A DNA stretch of 62,616 nt, filler included, from Candidatus Desantisbacteria bacterium CG1_02_49_89 (GTDB lineage: Bacteria > Desantisbacteria > UBA1551), in NCBI GenBank assembly GCA_001871075.1. It is 5 parts of 5 records of this genome, joined end to end, with 100 filler letters (N's around TTAATTAATTAA, not from the genome) between each part and the next. Parts side by side here need not be neighbours in the genome. Positions count along the whole stretch, not along the records: positions 1 to 23,109 come from MNUP01000095.1; 4 more parts are not named here. One strand, written 5' to 3'. Each line of letters begins with the position of its first letter. Within the stretch, counting starts at the first letter, position 1. Positions 1 to 12,000 of this stretch are shown here, piece after piece. A model generated the notes under the pieces. The model worked only from the letters and a program-made list of their open reading frames with translations. It searched no databases and was not told where the DNA came from. Both the position numbers and the translations under genes were made by a program.

Positions 1-3000
1 GACGTAATCCACTGCGTTGTTGACGCTTGTGTCAAATGACCTTGTGTCAACGATAAGGTTGTTTGTCGCAGTCTCAGTTCCTGTGTTCGAGATGTAAACA
101 GTGTATTCAACAGTGTCAGAAACCCAGAACTTCATCGGCATTGAACCGGTCTCACCCGAACGTAAGTTCATTTGAACCTTAGAAGTAAGAACGGTTGGCT
201 TTGTAACCGTTTCTCCCTGTGTATCCGTCCAGGTCCAGGAGTCTGTCCTGGTCACGGTTATGACAGGGTTGCCGCCTATCTTATCCCTGTAGTATACGGT
301 CTTTGCCCCTGATACAAGGTAGACAATGCTTGTATTCGCCCAGGTAGTTCCGGACACGGAGAACGAACCTTTTGCTGATGTCGTAAGCAGCTGAACCGTT
401 TCGCTGTAAAGAACCGCGGTATTTCCAGAACCGTCTACTGCCTTTAAGAACACAGGCGCGGTACTTATGCTTGTTATTGTGAACGGAGTTGTATTTGAAA
501 ACCTTAGGTACCGTATCGTTATTGTCTCTGTTTGTGTATCAGCGATAAGCGATACGCGATACGCGGTTATCACCGGCCAGCCTACAGCGTTGTCGCGGTA
601 GTAGAAATAACCGAAGCCTGACTGGAACGTAATTGAACTTGTATTTGCCCATGAACTTGATGAAATAGAGAAAGAACCAGAATTAGAGCTTGTGAACAGG
701 CTTACTGTGTCGTTGAACGCGACATCTGTATTGCCGCCCGAATCATATGCAACAGCTGTTATCACAGGAGATGTGTCAGCCGCCCTTATTCTGAAGGAAG
801 CAGATCTGAATTCAAAGTATCCCGCTCCCCCGCCGGTTATTGCCTCTGTCTGGCTATCCGCGATAAGCGATTCGCGATACGCGGTTATTATTGGACTGCC
901 TGCCTGGTCATCCATGTAGTAGAAAGACGCGAACCCTGAAGAAAGCGTTATAGAAGAAGTATTGGTCCACGGGGCTGACAGGACTGAGAAGAACCCGGAA
1001 TTGGAACTGGTTGTAAGGCTTATGGTCTCATTGAAGCTGGGGTCAGTGTTGCCTGCCGCTCCCACAGCCGCAACCGTTATCAGGGGGGACGCTGTGCTCA
1101 CGGGAATACTGAAAGCCGAGGTCCTTAAGTCAAGGGCGCTGGCCCTGAAATAAATTCCCGCCCTGCTCTCGTAACTTGCCTTTATTTCTTCCGCGGAAAG
1201 AGCGCGGCTGTAGATCCTTGCCTCGTCCATCATTCCCTTGAACCACGCGGTTGCGCCGAGATTTGCCGGATCAGCGTTGCCGCCTATCTGCCCTGTCGCG
1301 GCTTGCGGGCCTGCGATCAACACCCCGTTCTTGTAAAGCCTTAGGTATGAACCGTCGTAAGTTGTTGCAAGGTGCTGCCACACCCCGAAATCAATTGAGT
1401 TGTCCGGCGAGCTTGTTTCGTAGTTCGTCCCGATCGTATTTACGATATCCCACTTGATCCTGTTCGCAGCCCACTGGTTATCCAGCCACAGGATATACCC
1501 GCCGTTATTCATCCAGTGCTTATCGAATATCCTGTAATGCGTTCCCGCAGCTATCGTGTCCGGCTTGACCCATGCCTCAAGCGTGATCGCTTCGGTGCAG
1601 TCAAGGCTGAAAGAACTTGTTATCTGGATATAATCGTTGAGCCCGTCAAACTGCGGGCAGGAACCGGCCGGGCCGCTGTTCGGAGCGGATGCCCAGAAAA
1701 CCCCGTTCGCAGAACCGTTGTTGCCCAATCCGGAAGCGTCATTCGTATCCGTGTCTAAATGCAGTATCATGACCGCGCCGCAGGCATCAACACCTTTTGT
1801 GATGGTATTGTTGTCGCACCTCGCAACGATCGTGTCAAGCCCCGTGTACGCGGACCTTATCGTGAAGGCGCACTGCCCGGTTACGCCCGTTGTTCCCGGA
1901 TTGCCCGCGACAGTGTCCTGCCCGTAACGTGTTGAAGTAAGAATGACCGTCCTTCCGTTTATCGGGAACCCGTAGGTGTCGTTTATCGTCACAACAGCGG
2001 TGCATACGGCCGCGCCGCTCGCGGATATCTGGTACGGCGTGAAAGTTATGTATGAAGCGTTCTTATTAGTGGATTGCGCGGCTATTGTTTCTGTCTGAGT
2101 GTCTGAAACCAGCCCTGCCCGCGAAACTGTTATGACGTAACTGCCCGCTGAATTGTTCTTGTAATAGAAAGTTGCTGTCCCACCTGAAAGCTGGATAACG
2201 GTCATATCAGCCCACTGGGTCCTGTTCAAAGAAAATACCCCTGTGCCCGAACTTGCAAGCACCGCGGTCCCTGAGAACGACGAATCTATGTTGCCTGCCG
2301 CGTCCTGCACCTGTATTGTTATATAATAAGAAGGATTGCCCTGAGTTGTTGTAACCGGGGCGCTAACGAATTCCAGCCTGGAACCCGTAAACCGAACAGG
2401 CAGGGCCTTGTTCTCAAACCTTGCCATAACCTCATCCCCTGCCAGGGCGCGGTTATAAATACGCACCTCGTCAATATACCCATCAAAACATCCTGCCTGG
2501 TAACTGGCGCTTATCATAATGTTCGAGGCGTTACCTAAAGTTTCCGAATATGCAGCCGTGTTGATGAGGGTTCCGTTCACATAGAGAGTTATTTTGGCGC
2601 CGTCATACGTCCCTACAAGGTGACACCACTGGTTATTGTTGACTACTCCGCCACCGGTCTGGTGCTGCGCAGTCGTCGAGTCGCAAATGTTAAAATCCGC
2701 GGCATAGCCGGCTATCATCAAAATATAAGAACCTGCGTTCGCCCAGCCCTTTTCTACCACCCTGTTGAAAGATTTGGCGGCATCAAGCGGGTAAACCCAT
2801 GCCTCAACGCTTATCTGCTGGCTGAGGTCAAGGCTTGCTGAATTCAGGATCTCAACATTGCCGTCATTACCGTCCGATCTCAGGCCGTGCCCGAATTCTC
2901 CGTCGTCCCAGGTCATTCCGCCCAGAAGACTACCTGAGTTATTGTTCCCGGAAAGGTCAGACGCAGACGAACCCGCGCATTCCTCGAAAAGCCAGATGCC

Positions 3001-6000
3001 TTTTTCAATATCTCTGAAATACGTTCTTGTTATTGTATCCGCGCTTCCGGCAACCGCTGCCTTTATGGTATCCAGTCCTGCCATTGAAGACACCACCACC
3101 GCAGTGCAGAACCCGTTCGTGTCCGTGACCTGGCCGTACGGATACGTTATTGTGTCAAAACCGGAAGGATTCGTGGTTTTCACTGTCACTGTTTTTCCCT
3201 GCAAAGCGTCCCTTGAATAGTCGGTCACCACAACAGCGACAGTACATTTCGTGATACCGTCAGCAGGCAGGCTTGATTTCTCTATGATCATATACGAAGC
3301 GGTCGCGCAGAACGCTCCCTTGAAAACACTCTCCACCTGGGTCGTATTAGGCAAAGATCCGGAAACAACTGTCAGCGTCGGTGAGCCCGGCATTGAATCC
3401 TTGTAGTAAATTACCGCTTCCCCGTTTGACATAGTCACGACGATCGTCTCGCTCCACGCGCCTGCAGGTGACGTCGCGAACTTCCCGAACTGCGAGGAAC
3501 TGGTGAAAGTGCAGTCCTCGTTGTACCCGGTCACTTTAGTCCCGTCATTCAGCTGAGCCTGCGCGCATATCGTGTCCGACGCTGTATTCACGGCAGTTGC
3601 CCTGGGAGGCGTAACAAACGCGATCTTGTCAGCCAGGGAAGTGAACACTACCGGCCTTATCCTTGATTTGCTGTAGCTGTTTATGGCAGCCGCGTCAATA
3701 GCTGAATTATATATCCGCACATCGTCTATCAATCCGTAAAGGTAATCGGTGCCGTATTCATACCCGAACCGCAGCGGGCTTGTGGTAGTATCTATTGACC
3801 CTGCCCTCGCGCCTTCGGCTTTAAGGTCCCCGTCAACGTAGATTTTCAGGTTATTGCCAGCCGCGTTGCTGTCATAGGTGGCAGCCAGGTGGAGCCAGGC
3901 GCCTGTGTCAGGCCTTACTCCGCTGGACACCCTCAGTTCAGAATTCGTTCCTATGAACACAAAGAAAGACAGGTCACCGCCCTCTGAATCATTGTCCCGC
4001 CTCAGCATCAGGGAGCCGCTTTTATAAACTATGCCCTGCCAGCTTGTGCCGTCCGTGATATTGACCCACGCCTCAACCGTCACCGCGCTTTGCGGGCGCA
4101 AAGCGGAAGCGTCGGCAACGCTTACGTAATCGCTTGTGCCGTTATACGACAGGCAGTTCCCGTATTTCCCCGCTGTCCAGGCAGCGCCGTATATGTTCCC
4201 GTTTGAAACGGTGTTTATCAGTTCGGTCCCGGCGGTTTCGTCAAAATTCCATAAACCCACAGGTGGCGTGCCGTAATACGAGGAGTTTATTATTTTATTT
4301 GGGCTTTCTCCGGCTACCGTCGCGGTTACCGTATCGTAGCCGCCCATTGTTGAAACAAGCGCGCCTGTTGCCAGGCCGCTTGCGTCAGTGGGATTTGATG
4401 GCTGTGTTATGGTGTCATACGCGCTGTAAATAGTGCCCTTGCGATAAGTGGTTATTAAAACGGTTTTTCCCTGCAAAGGATTGCCGTATCTGTCAGTAAC
4501 GGCAACGGCTATAAAGCAGGTATTGGCTCCGTCAGCAGGCACTGTCCTGGAGCTCAGGACGATATATGACGCTGTCTCGTTGAAAGGACCCGGCACTATC
4601 GTCTCAAACTGGGTCGTTTCAGACAGGCCTGTTGCCGAAACAGTTATCTGCGGAAAACCAATCTTTGTATCCTTATAATATACGAACGTCTCGCCGTTCA
4701 CCATTTTAAGGTTTATGGTTGTAGTAAAGGTGTCGGTCTTGGTCGCGCAAAACTTGCCCCAGGAAGAAGACGAGATCAGGCTGCAGTATTCGTTGTACCC
4801 CGCTGCCTTGGAGCCGTCATCCCACTGCGCCTGTATCACGATGGACTCTGAAGAGGCGTTTATCTGCGCTGTCCTGGGAGCGGATATGATCGCGAGCTTT
4901 GTTGCCGCGATGCATTTCACCGGCCTTGTCCTGGACTTCGCATAAGCAGCTGCCTCATCCGCGCTTACAGCCCGGTCGTAGATCCTCACGTCGTCTATGG
5001 CTCCGGTGAACCAGTACGGGTAGCTGGAATTGGGGTGGTCAGCGCACCCGAAGAAATAAGCCGAAGTTCCGAAATCCCTGGGAGTTCCCGCGAAATCCCC
5101 TGAGCCTTCCAGGCTCCCGTTCACATAAACGCGGACCTTGTTCAGCGATGTGTCCAGCACGCCTACAACGTGAAGCCAGGAACCGGTGTCAAAAGTGCTT
5201 GCGGACGTCGCCTCGTACACCGCAGGCACGCTGTTCCATACCTCCTGCCTGAATTTCTTCGCGGAAGTATATGCCATGTCAGTATGGTAACCCGCCCTTG
5301 CCACGAAAGCGCCGGGTCCTGGCGGGGTCGCGCCTGTCGGCACGAAAGCAGGCTTCACCCAGGCTTCAAAGCTGTAACTTGAATCTGTCGCGTTTTCAAG
5401 ATAAGAAGAAGGCTGGACCTTTACGTGCGCCGAATCAGAAGGCCCGCCGAGGTTCAGGCCGTATCCGTATTTTCCAGCTGTCCAGGAACCCGTGTTTATA
5501 ACGCCGACGTCGTAAAGCGAATACGCAAAGCTGTCAGCTCCCTCGTTGAAATCCCAAAGGCCTGCAGGCGCGCCGGTGTAGAATGAAAGCGTTATCTGGC
5601 TCGCTGTATTGCCCTGCACGAACGCGTTTATGGTATCATCCCCGCCCAAACTTGTGACAAACGAACCTGTTGCCTGTCCGCTCGCGTCCGTTTGGCTCAC
5701 CGGCTGGGTAATCGTGTCGTATTTCACGGGCCCCTTACGGCTTGTGGTTATCAGCATCGTAAGTCCTGAAACAGGATTTCTGTATTTGTCAGCCGCGAAG
5801 ACCGTAACCGTGCACCGGCTTATCCCGTCTGCAATGATAGAGAACGGGCTCAGGACTATAAAAGATATTGTCTCGCTGAAAGCCCCAGGGGTTATTGATT
5901 CTGTCTGGTCTGTGTCAGGAAGAACTCCGGCGCTCACCGTAATGACCGGGGAACCCGTTTTGGTATCTTTATAATAAACGTAAGTCTCGCCGTTCACGAT

Positions 6001-9000
6001 GTTGAGCGTGATATTGTTAGACGCGGACCAGCCACCGGTTCCGGTGGCTGAGAATTTTCCTGACATTATTGAAGAGCTGAAAACGCTTTGACCGTTGTAA
6101 GTGTTGTCCTTGTTGCCGTCCATATCCTGCACCTGCACGCATATAGAATTTGAAACCGCGTCACTGGCAGTGCTCCTGGGCGGGGTAACGATAGCAAGTT
6201 TTTTATTGAGGAGGAACGTGATGGTCGGCACCCTTTTCAGCCTTATATCGTCAAACCAGGCGGTTGAGCCTAAGGCGGCGGGCTGGTAAACAGAACACCC
6301 TATCCTGAAGCTCACGCAGTTGGATTCGGCAACAGGATACAATGCATAGAATGTCCAGTCCTGGTCGGTCCCCTGGAACGAGGTCCAGTTCTGCGAAATG
6401 TTGCCGCTGCCCGCGTCAAGGTGGTGGATGAAATATGCCGCTCCTGCCCCGCTTGCCACAGTACCGGTCTTTATCCAGCCGCTGAACTCATACGAAGAAC
6501 CCGGGGTGACCGCGATGATCTGTTCCCAGTTCGCCCAGTTGACCTGCTGGCTGTTCTGCGTCTTGGCGCTCTTATCCCCGGAATGCTTTACCGCCAGGTC
6601 CCACGCCGCGTATCCTCCCGGGCCTGACCAGTTGTCAGGCAGGGCGCCCAAACCTTCTTCAAAAGAAGGGTTCAGGATTATGTTCTGCAGGACAGTGCAC
6701 CCGTCGCATAAAGCGGTCAGAGTATCCAATCCTCCCGCGTTGGAACTTACAGTCGCGGTTGCCTGGCCGTTAATGTCAGTCGTGGCATAAACCATTGTTA
6801 TGGTGTCCTGAGCGCCGCGGATTGACTGGACAGTGACCTGCCTGCCGGGTATGGCTTTGCCTGACCCGTCCTTAATAAAAACCGAGACAGTCGCCGTGGA
6901 AATACCGTCAGCAAGAAGCGAACAGGTATCGGTCGTAAATGAGGAAGCGGTCTCAGACGGGGCGCGCAAAATCACGTAAATGAACTGCGTGTCTGAATTA
7001 AGGCCGGCGCGGGAAGCAGTGATCGTGTAAGTTCCCAGGGTTGTGTCCTTGTAATAAACAGCTCCCAGGCCAGAGGAAAGGTAAACAACAGTGGTATCTG
7101 ACCAGGGGGTCTGGGAAGCGGAAAACTTCCCTGTCCCGGAAGAAACAGCCAGCGTTACAGTGCCGCTGAAGGTTGTAACGCGCGCGTCGTATTTGTTCCA
7201 TACCTCAACGGAAATAGAATCAGACGGGTAGTTTGCATCAGGAGTCCTGGCAGGGCTTGTTATCTTCACCTTTTTGGCGGCGCCCGCGTCCACCAGGTAT
7301 GTCAGGTAAGAAACAGCGCTTCCTATAGACTGGACCAGGCTGTTGGCTGTTGTGGTTGCGGCCATCCTTATATCATATTCTCCTGCCCCTGTGATCGTAC
7401 CTGACGCGTCTTTTATCCTTTCGGAATAGAGCGCTTCAGCGTCCTGATTGGTCGTGATGTAGTCTGCGTCCGCAGGGCTTACCCCTATCTTGAACCGCAC
7501 GTCTGCTGCGCCGTAACTGGTGAACATTTTACCGTAAACGCATGCACTCAAAATCGAGCCAAGGTCATCGTCAGGGAGATACACGTTAGTTTTCAATATT
7601 TTAGTATCTGAAGTCGTGTAAGTATTTTACAAAGCGTTACCGGTTATTGCGCCGAAAAATACAGTCTTCTGGACCTGGCTGGGATTCTTTGGATATTCGT
7701 ATGTGTAAACTATCTCGGCGCTCCTGCTCCCGCCGCCCAAAGCGCTCCACCAGGAACCCACAACGACATTTGTCCCGTCACTTGCAGAACCGTACTGGGG
7801 CGTAAGGTTATAAAGCATTATTGGACCTTCTGCCATCGCGGATCCCTCAGCAGCGAACGCGAGTGTATCCAACCCGTTCTGCCCGATGTTAAAGCTTGTG
7901 TTCGCCGCGTTCGTGGTCCTGAAAACAGCATAAATAGACCTTATGGCAGGCGAAACTATCTTTTCAGGGAAATATATTGTCTGCATATAAACCTTTGCGG
8001 GTGATTCCGCGCCGCCTGTGATGATATCCGTCTGGCCCAGGTAACGCCTGACTGTCTGTATAAGGTTTGCGCTTGCCAGATAATTAAACGAATAGGTTAT
8101 GACCAGTTCCGCGCCCAGGCAGTATACGGCTGAACCGTTTACGTTTATGGTCAAGGTATTTCCCGAGCCTATATTCGGGTTCGAGGATGGTTCATAAAAA
8201 TAAAGAAAATCATCGTCAGTGCGCGCAGCTCCTTCAACTAATTTCACGCCTGCCTGCAGATTCGTTCCGTTTAAATTGATATTTGAAGTAAGATCTGTGC
8301 CCGCAATCGGGGAATAGTAATGCCCTCGTATCTCGTACCAGGCGCTCTGGATCGAGTATCCTGTCTCGGGTATATACGGCGTGTGCACGTATGTCGCTGT
8401 GCTTCCTGAAGCTATGGAAGCGTTGTTTGAACCCGCAAAATACCTGACGGTCTTTACCTGTGAATGCGCTCCGTCGTCGTATTCGTATGTCAGGTAAAGT
8501 TTCACGCTCTCATTATAGCGTAGCGCGGGAACGCTTACCGCAACATAATAGGGCACGTTATTGACACCTCCGCCTGCCAGGCCTAAAAATGCCTGGGTAG
8601 CGTTGTACCTGAGTCCAAAATTCGCGTCGTCTCCGGTACCTGCGGATGCAAGTGCTCCAAATGTAGTCGTATTCGCTCCGTTTACTCCTATTGCGCTGCC
8701 TGCTCCGACTACCACGTTCCCGACCTGGAAAGCGACTTCTATCCACGCGGATCTCAGCGTGAACCCTGATTCAGGGATGTAAATATAGAACGGAGTGCTT
8801 GGGTAAGAAACACCCGAAGCCCTGTCACCCGTTGCCTGGTCAATGAAATATTCCACGGTTTTCACAGATGTGCCGGGATAAGGCGGTATGCCTGCTACTA
8901 CTTCAATAGACTGGGTGCCGGATAACACGCCTGTCCTTGAGGCTGTTATCGTGAAAATACCGATCGTTGAATCCTTATAATATATGGCTCCTGCGCCTGC

Positions 9001-12000
9001 TGAAAGATAGATGTTCGTGGTATCAACCCAGGAAGCGCTTGAGACCGAGAATTTTCCCGTGGGTGAAGACGAATACAGGAAAACCTGGTAAGTGAAATTC
9101 GTGTCCTTTGTGCCCAGTTCGTCCTGCGCCTCAAATGTTATCTGGGACGACGGGTTGTTCTGCGGCACTGTTGCAGGCGAAGAAGTGAACACAAATTTTG
9201 AAGCTGTGAACCTTACTGGTATGGGCAGGACCGCGGTATCGTACCTTGCCCTTATTTCGTCCAGCTGCAGAGCGCGTTCGTAGATCCTTATCTCGTCTAA
9301 AAGCCCGTCAAAGCAGTCCCCTGTGCCCCCGCCGCTTATGCCTATGACGTAAGTGTTGCCGAACGCCTTTGAATATGCTCCGGAAGCAACCTGGCTGCCG
9401 TTCGCGTAAAGCCGGATGTTCAGGCCGTCGTAAGTCCCCACAAGATGGGTCCAGCCGTTGTTGTTTATCACGCCGCCTATCGCGTTCCTCTGCACCCCGT
9501 CCAGCATCAGGCCGAAGTGCGCCTGGTTGGAATATACCATCATAATGAAGGAACCTTCCAGATCCCAGGCTTTGTTTATCAACCTGTTATACATCTTTGA
9601 GGCATTCCTGGGATATATCCACATTTCAACGCTCATCTGCTGCGTCAGGTTCAGGCTGGAAGAGTGCGGAACGATGATATAATCGTTTGTGCCGTCGGAA
9701 TTCATCGCGTGGCCGAACCTTCCCGGCCCCCATCTTATGCTGCCTGTCATAGTTCCGGTGTTGCCGTAGTTGGAAAAGTCGCGCGCGACGATTCCCGCTG
9801 TCTCCTCAAAAGCCCATATCCCGACTTCTATGTCTGCGAAATAGATCCTGGTAATGGTGTTTGAACTGCTCTGTATGGTAGCTGTTATGGTATCAAGGCC
9901 CATCAGGGACGAGACAAGTGCCGCGGTGCAGAACCCTGCCGTGTCCGTCAACTGGCCGTCCGGGTAGGTTATCGTGTCATTGCCTGCCGGGTTTGTGGTC
10001 ATCAGTGTCACGGTGTTGCCCGGCAGCGGGTTGCGGAAGTAGTCACCTACAAAAACCGCGACTGTGCAGGGGTTTGTCCCGTTTGCCGCGATCATAGAGC
10101 TTTTCGCTATCATATAGGACATAGAATTTGAGAACGCTCCCTTTGACACAGATTCAAGCTGGGAGGTTTCTGACATGTAGTAATAGGAAGTGACAGTAAC
10201 CGTCGGGGAACCCGGCCTTGAGTCCCTGAAATAAACGAACGTTTCTCCGCTGACTATGTTTACGCCCAGGTAGTTGTAGGCAGACCAGATTGTAGAACCT
10301 GGCGCGAGGAACCTGCCTGTGGAAGAGCTGGAAGTGATCGTGCAAATGCCGTTGAAATTAGTTGCTTTTGTCCCGTCCGACCACTGCGCCTGGATAACGA
10401 TAGATTCATAATCTGAGGTTGTAAGGAAACGCTGCGGCGTGGTTATGGCAAGCCTGCTCGCTCCCACGAAACTGATCGTAGGGCTCCTGCGTAGCGACAG
10501 ATCGTCGTACCATACCGTTGCGCCGGATGTGTCCGCCTGGTTGTAAGCGCAGATTATCCTGAACCAGTTAACGTCCGATTCCACGGCCGGGTTAAGGGTA
10601 TGCTGGGTCCAGGCTGAGTAAGGAGTGGTTACTGTGACCTGGTCCTGTGATTTCGGATAGCCATCAGCCTGGTTAACCAGGTGGTGTATGATAAAATAGC
10701 ATGTGTCACCGGCTCCCATTGTGTCCGTCTTTGAGCAGCCTGTGAATTTATACGCAGAACCCGGCACAGCGTTCAAAGTCTGCTCCCAGTTGATAAAACC
10801 CATGACCTGGTCGTTCTCGGTTTTGGCGCTCTTCGCGCCTGAGCACGCCACAGTTGAATCCAGCACGTAGCAGTAGTACCTGTCCGGGGACCAGTTGTTC
10901 TTTCCCCAGGGGTCAGGCCACACGTCGCCTTCCTCAAATGAATAATTGATTATAAGGTTCTGGTAAATAGTGTTGCCGTCGCACACAGCCGTAACCGTGT
11001 CGTCCCCCGTGATCCAGGAAGAAATGGTTCCTGTGCATTGCCCGTTGCCGTCAGTAAGACCGGGCTGCACGACTGTGTCGATCACAGAGCCGCGGCTGGT
11101 GTAGATCGTGACTCTTTTGCCTGACAGCGGCACAGCGGTCTCGGTCCTTACGGTAACGGTCACGGTGCAGGAAGCCTTCCCGTTCGCTTCAGCAGCAGGC
11201 GAAGAAACTTCCAGGAAGCACATTGTTTTGCCGGCTGGCGGTGAAGAGCCGGAGAACGTTATTGTAGGCACCCGCGCAAGACGCACGTCGTCAAACCAGG
11301 CAGTCGAACCGCCTGTTGCACCCTGGTATATTGAACAACCAAGCCGCATTTTCACGCATGTGTTCTCGGCGGTTATGGTGCCTATCGTGTATTTTGTCCA
11401 GGGGCTGCTGCTTGCCCCGACCGAAGTCGTCCAGCTCTGGGATATAATAGCACTTTCTGATGTCTGCAGGTTGTGGACGAAGAACGCCGCTGAGCAGCCG
11501 CCTGCCATCACACCTGTCCTGAGCCAGCCTGTGAACCTGTAAACCGAACCCGGGGTCACGTCAACTATCTGCTCCCAGTTTGTCCAGGTATTGGTATCCC
11601 TCGCGTTCTCTATCTTCGCGCTCCTCAGCCCTGTCTTGTAAACCGTGTAATCCCATTCGAAGCTGTTATCTCCCTGGTTCCTTGTCCAGTATTCGGGCCT
11701 GCTCTGCCCGTCCTCAAATGAAGGGTTGCAGTCCACGCACTGGGTAATGGTCAGGCCGTCGCAGGTTGCTGTGACAGTGTCAGCACCGGCAGTTTTGGAG
11801 GAAATATACCCCACGCACACGCCGCTTGAATCTGTAAGCGAGGGCTGGACGATTGAATCAACGCCCGTGCCCCTGCTCGTTTTCAGGGTAACGGTTTTAT
11901 TAGGCAAAGCGTTGCCGTTGGTATCCCTTACTCTGACGGTGATCATGGAAGACATGAATCCGTCAGCCGGTGTAACGGACGGCTCAACCTGCAGATACGA

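Noticed and set aside
692-7201. Many short plus-strand ORFs over 1-18000 and antisense ORFs elsewhere (for example 46483..47274)
   Set aside because: Shadows of long coding frames on the opposite strand, with no recognisable motifs.
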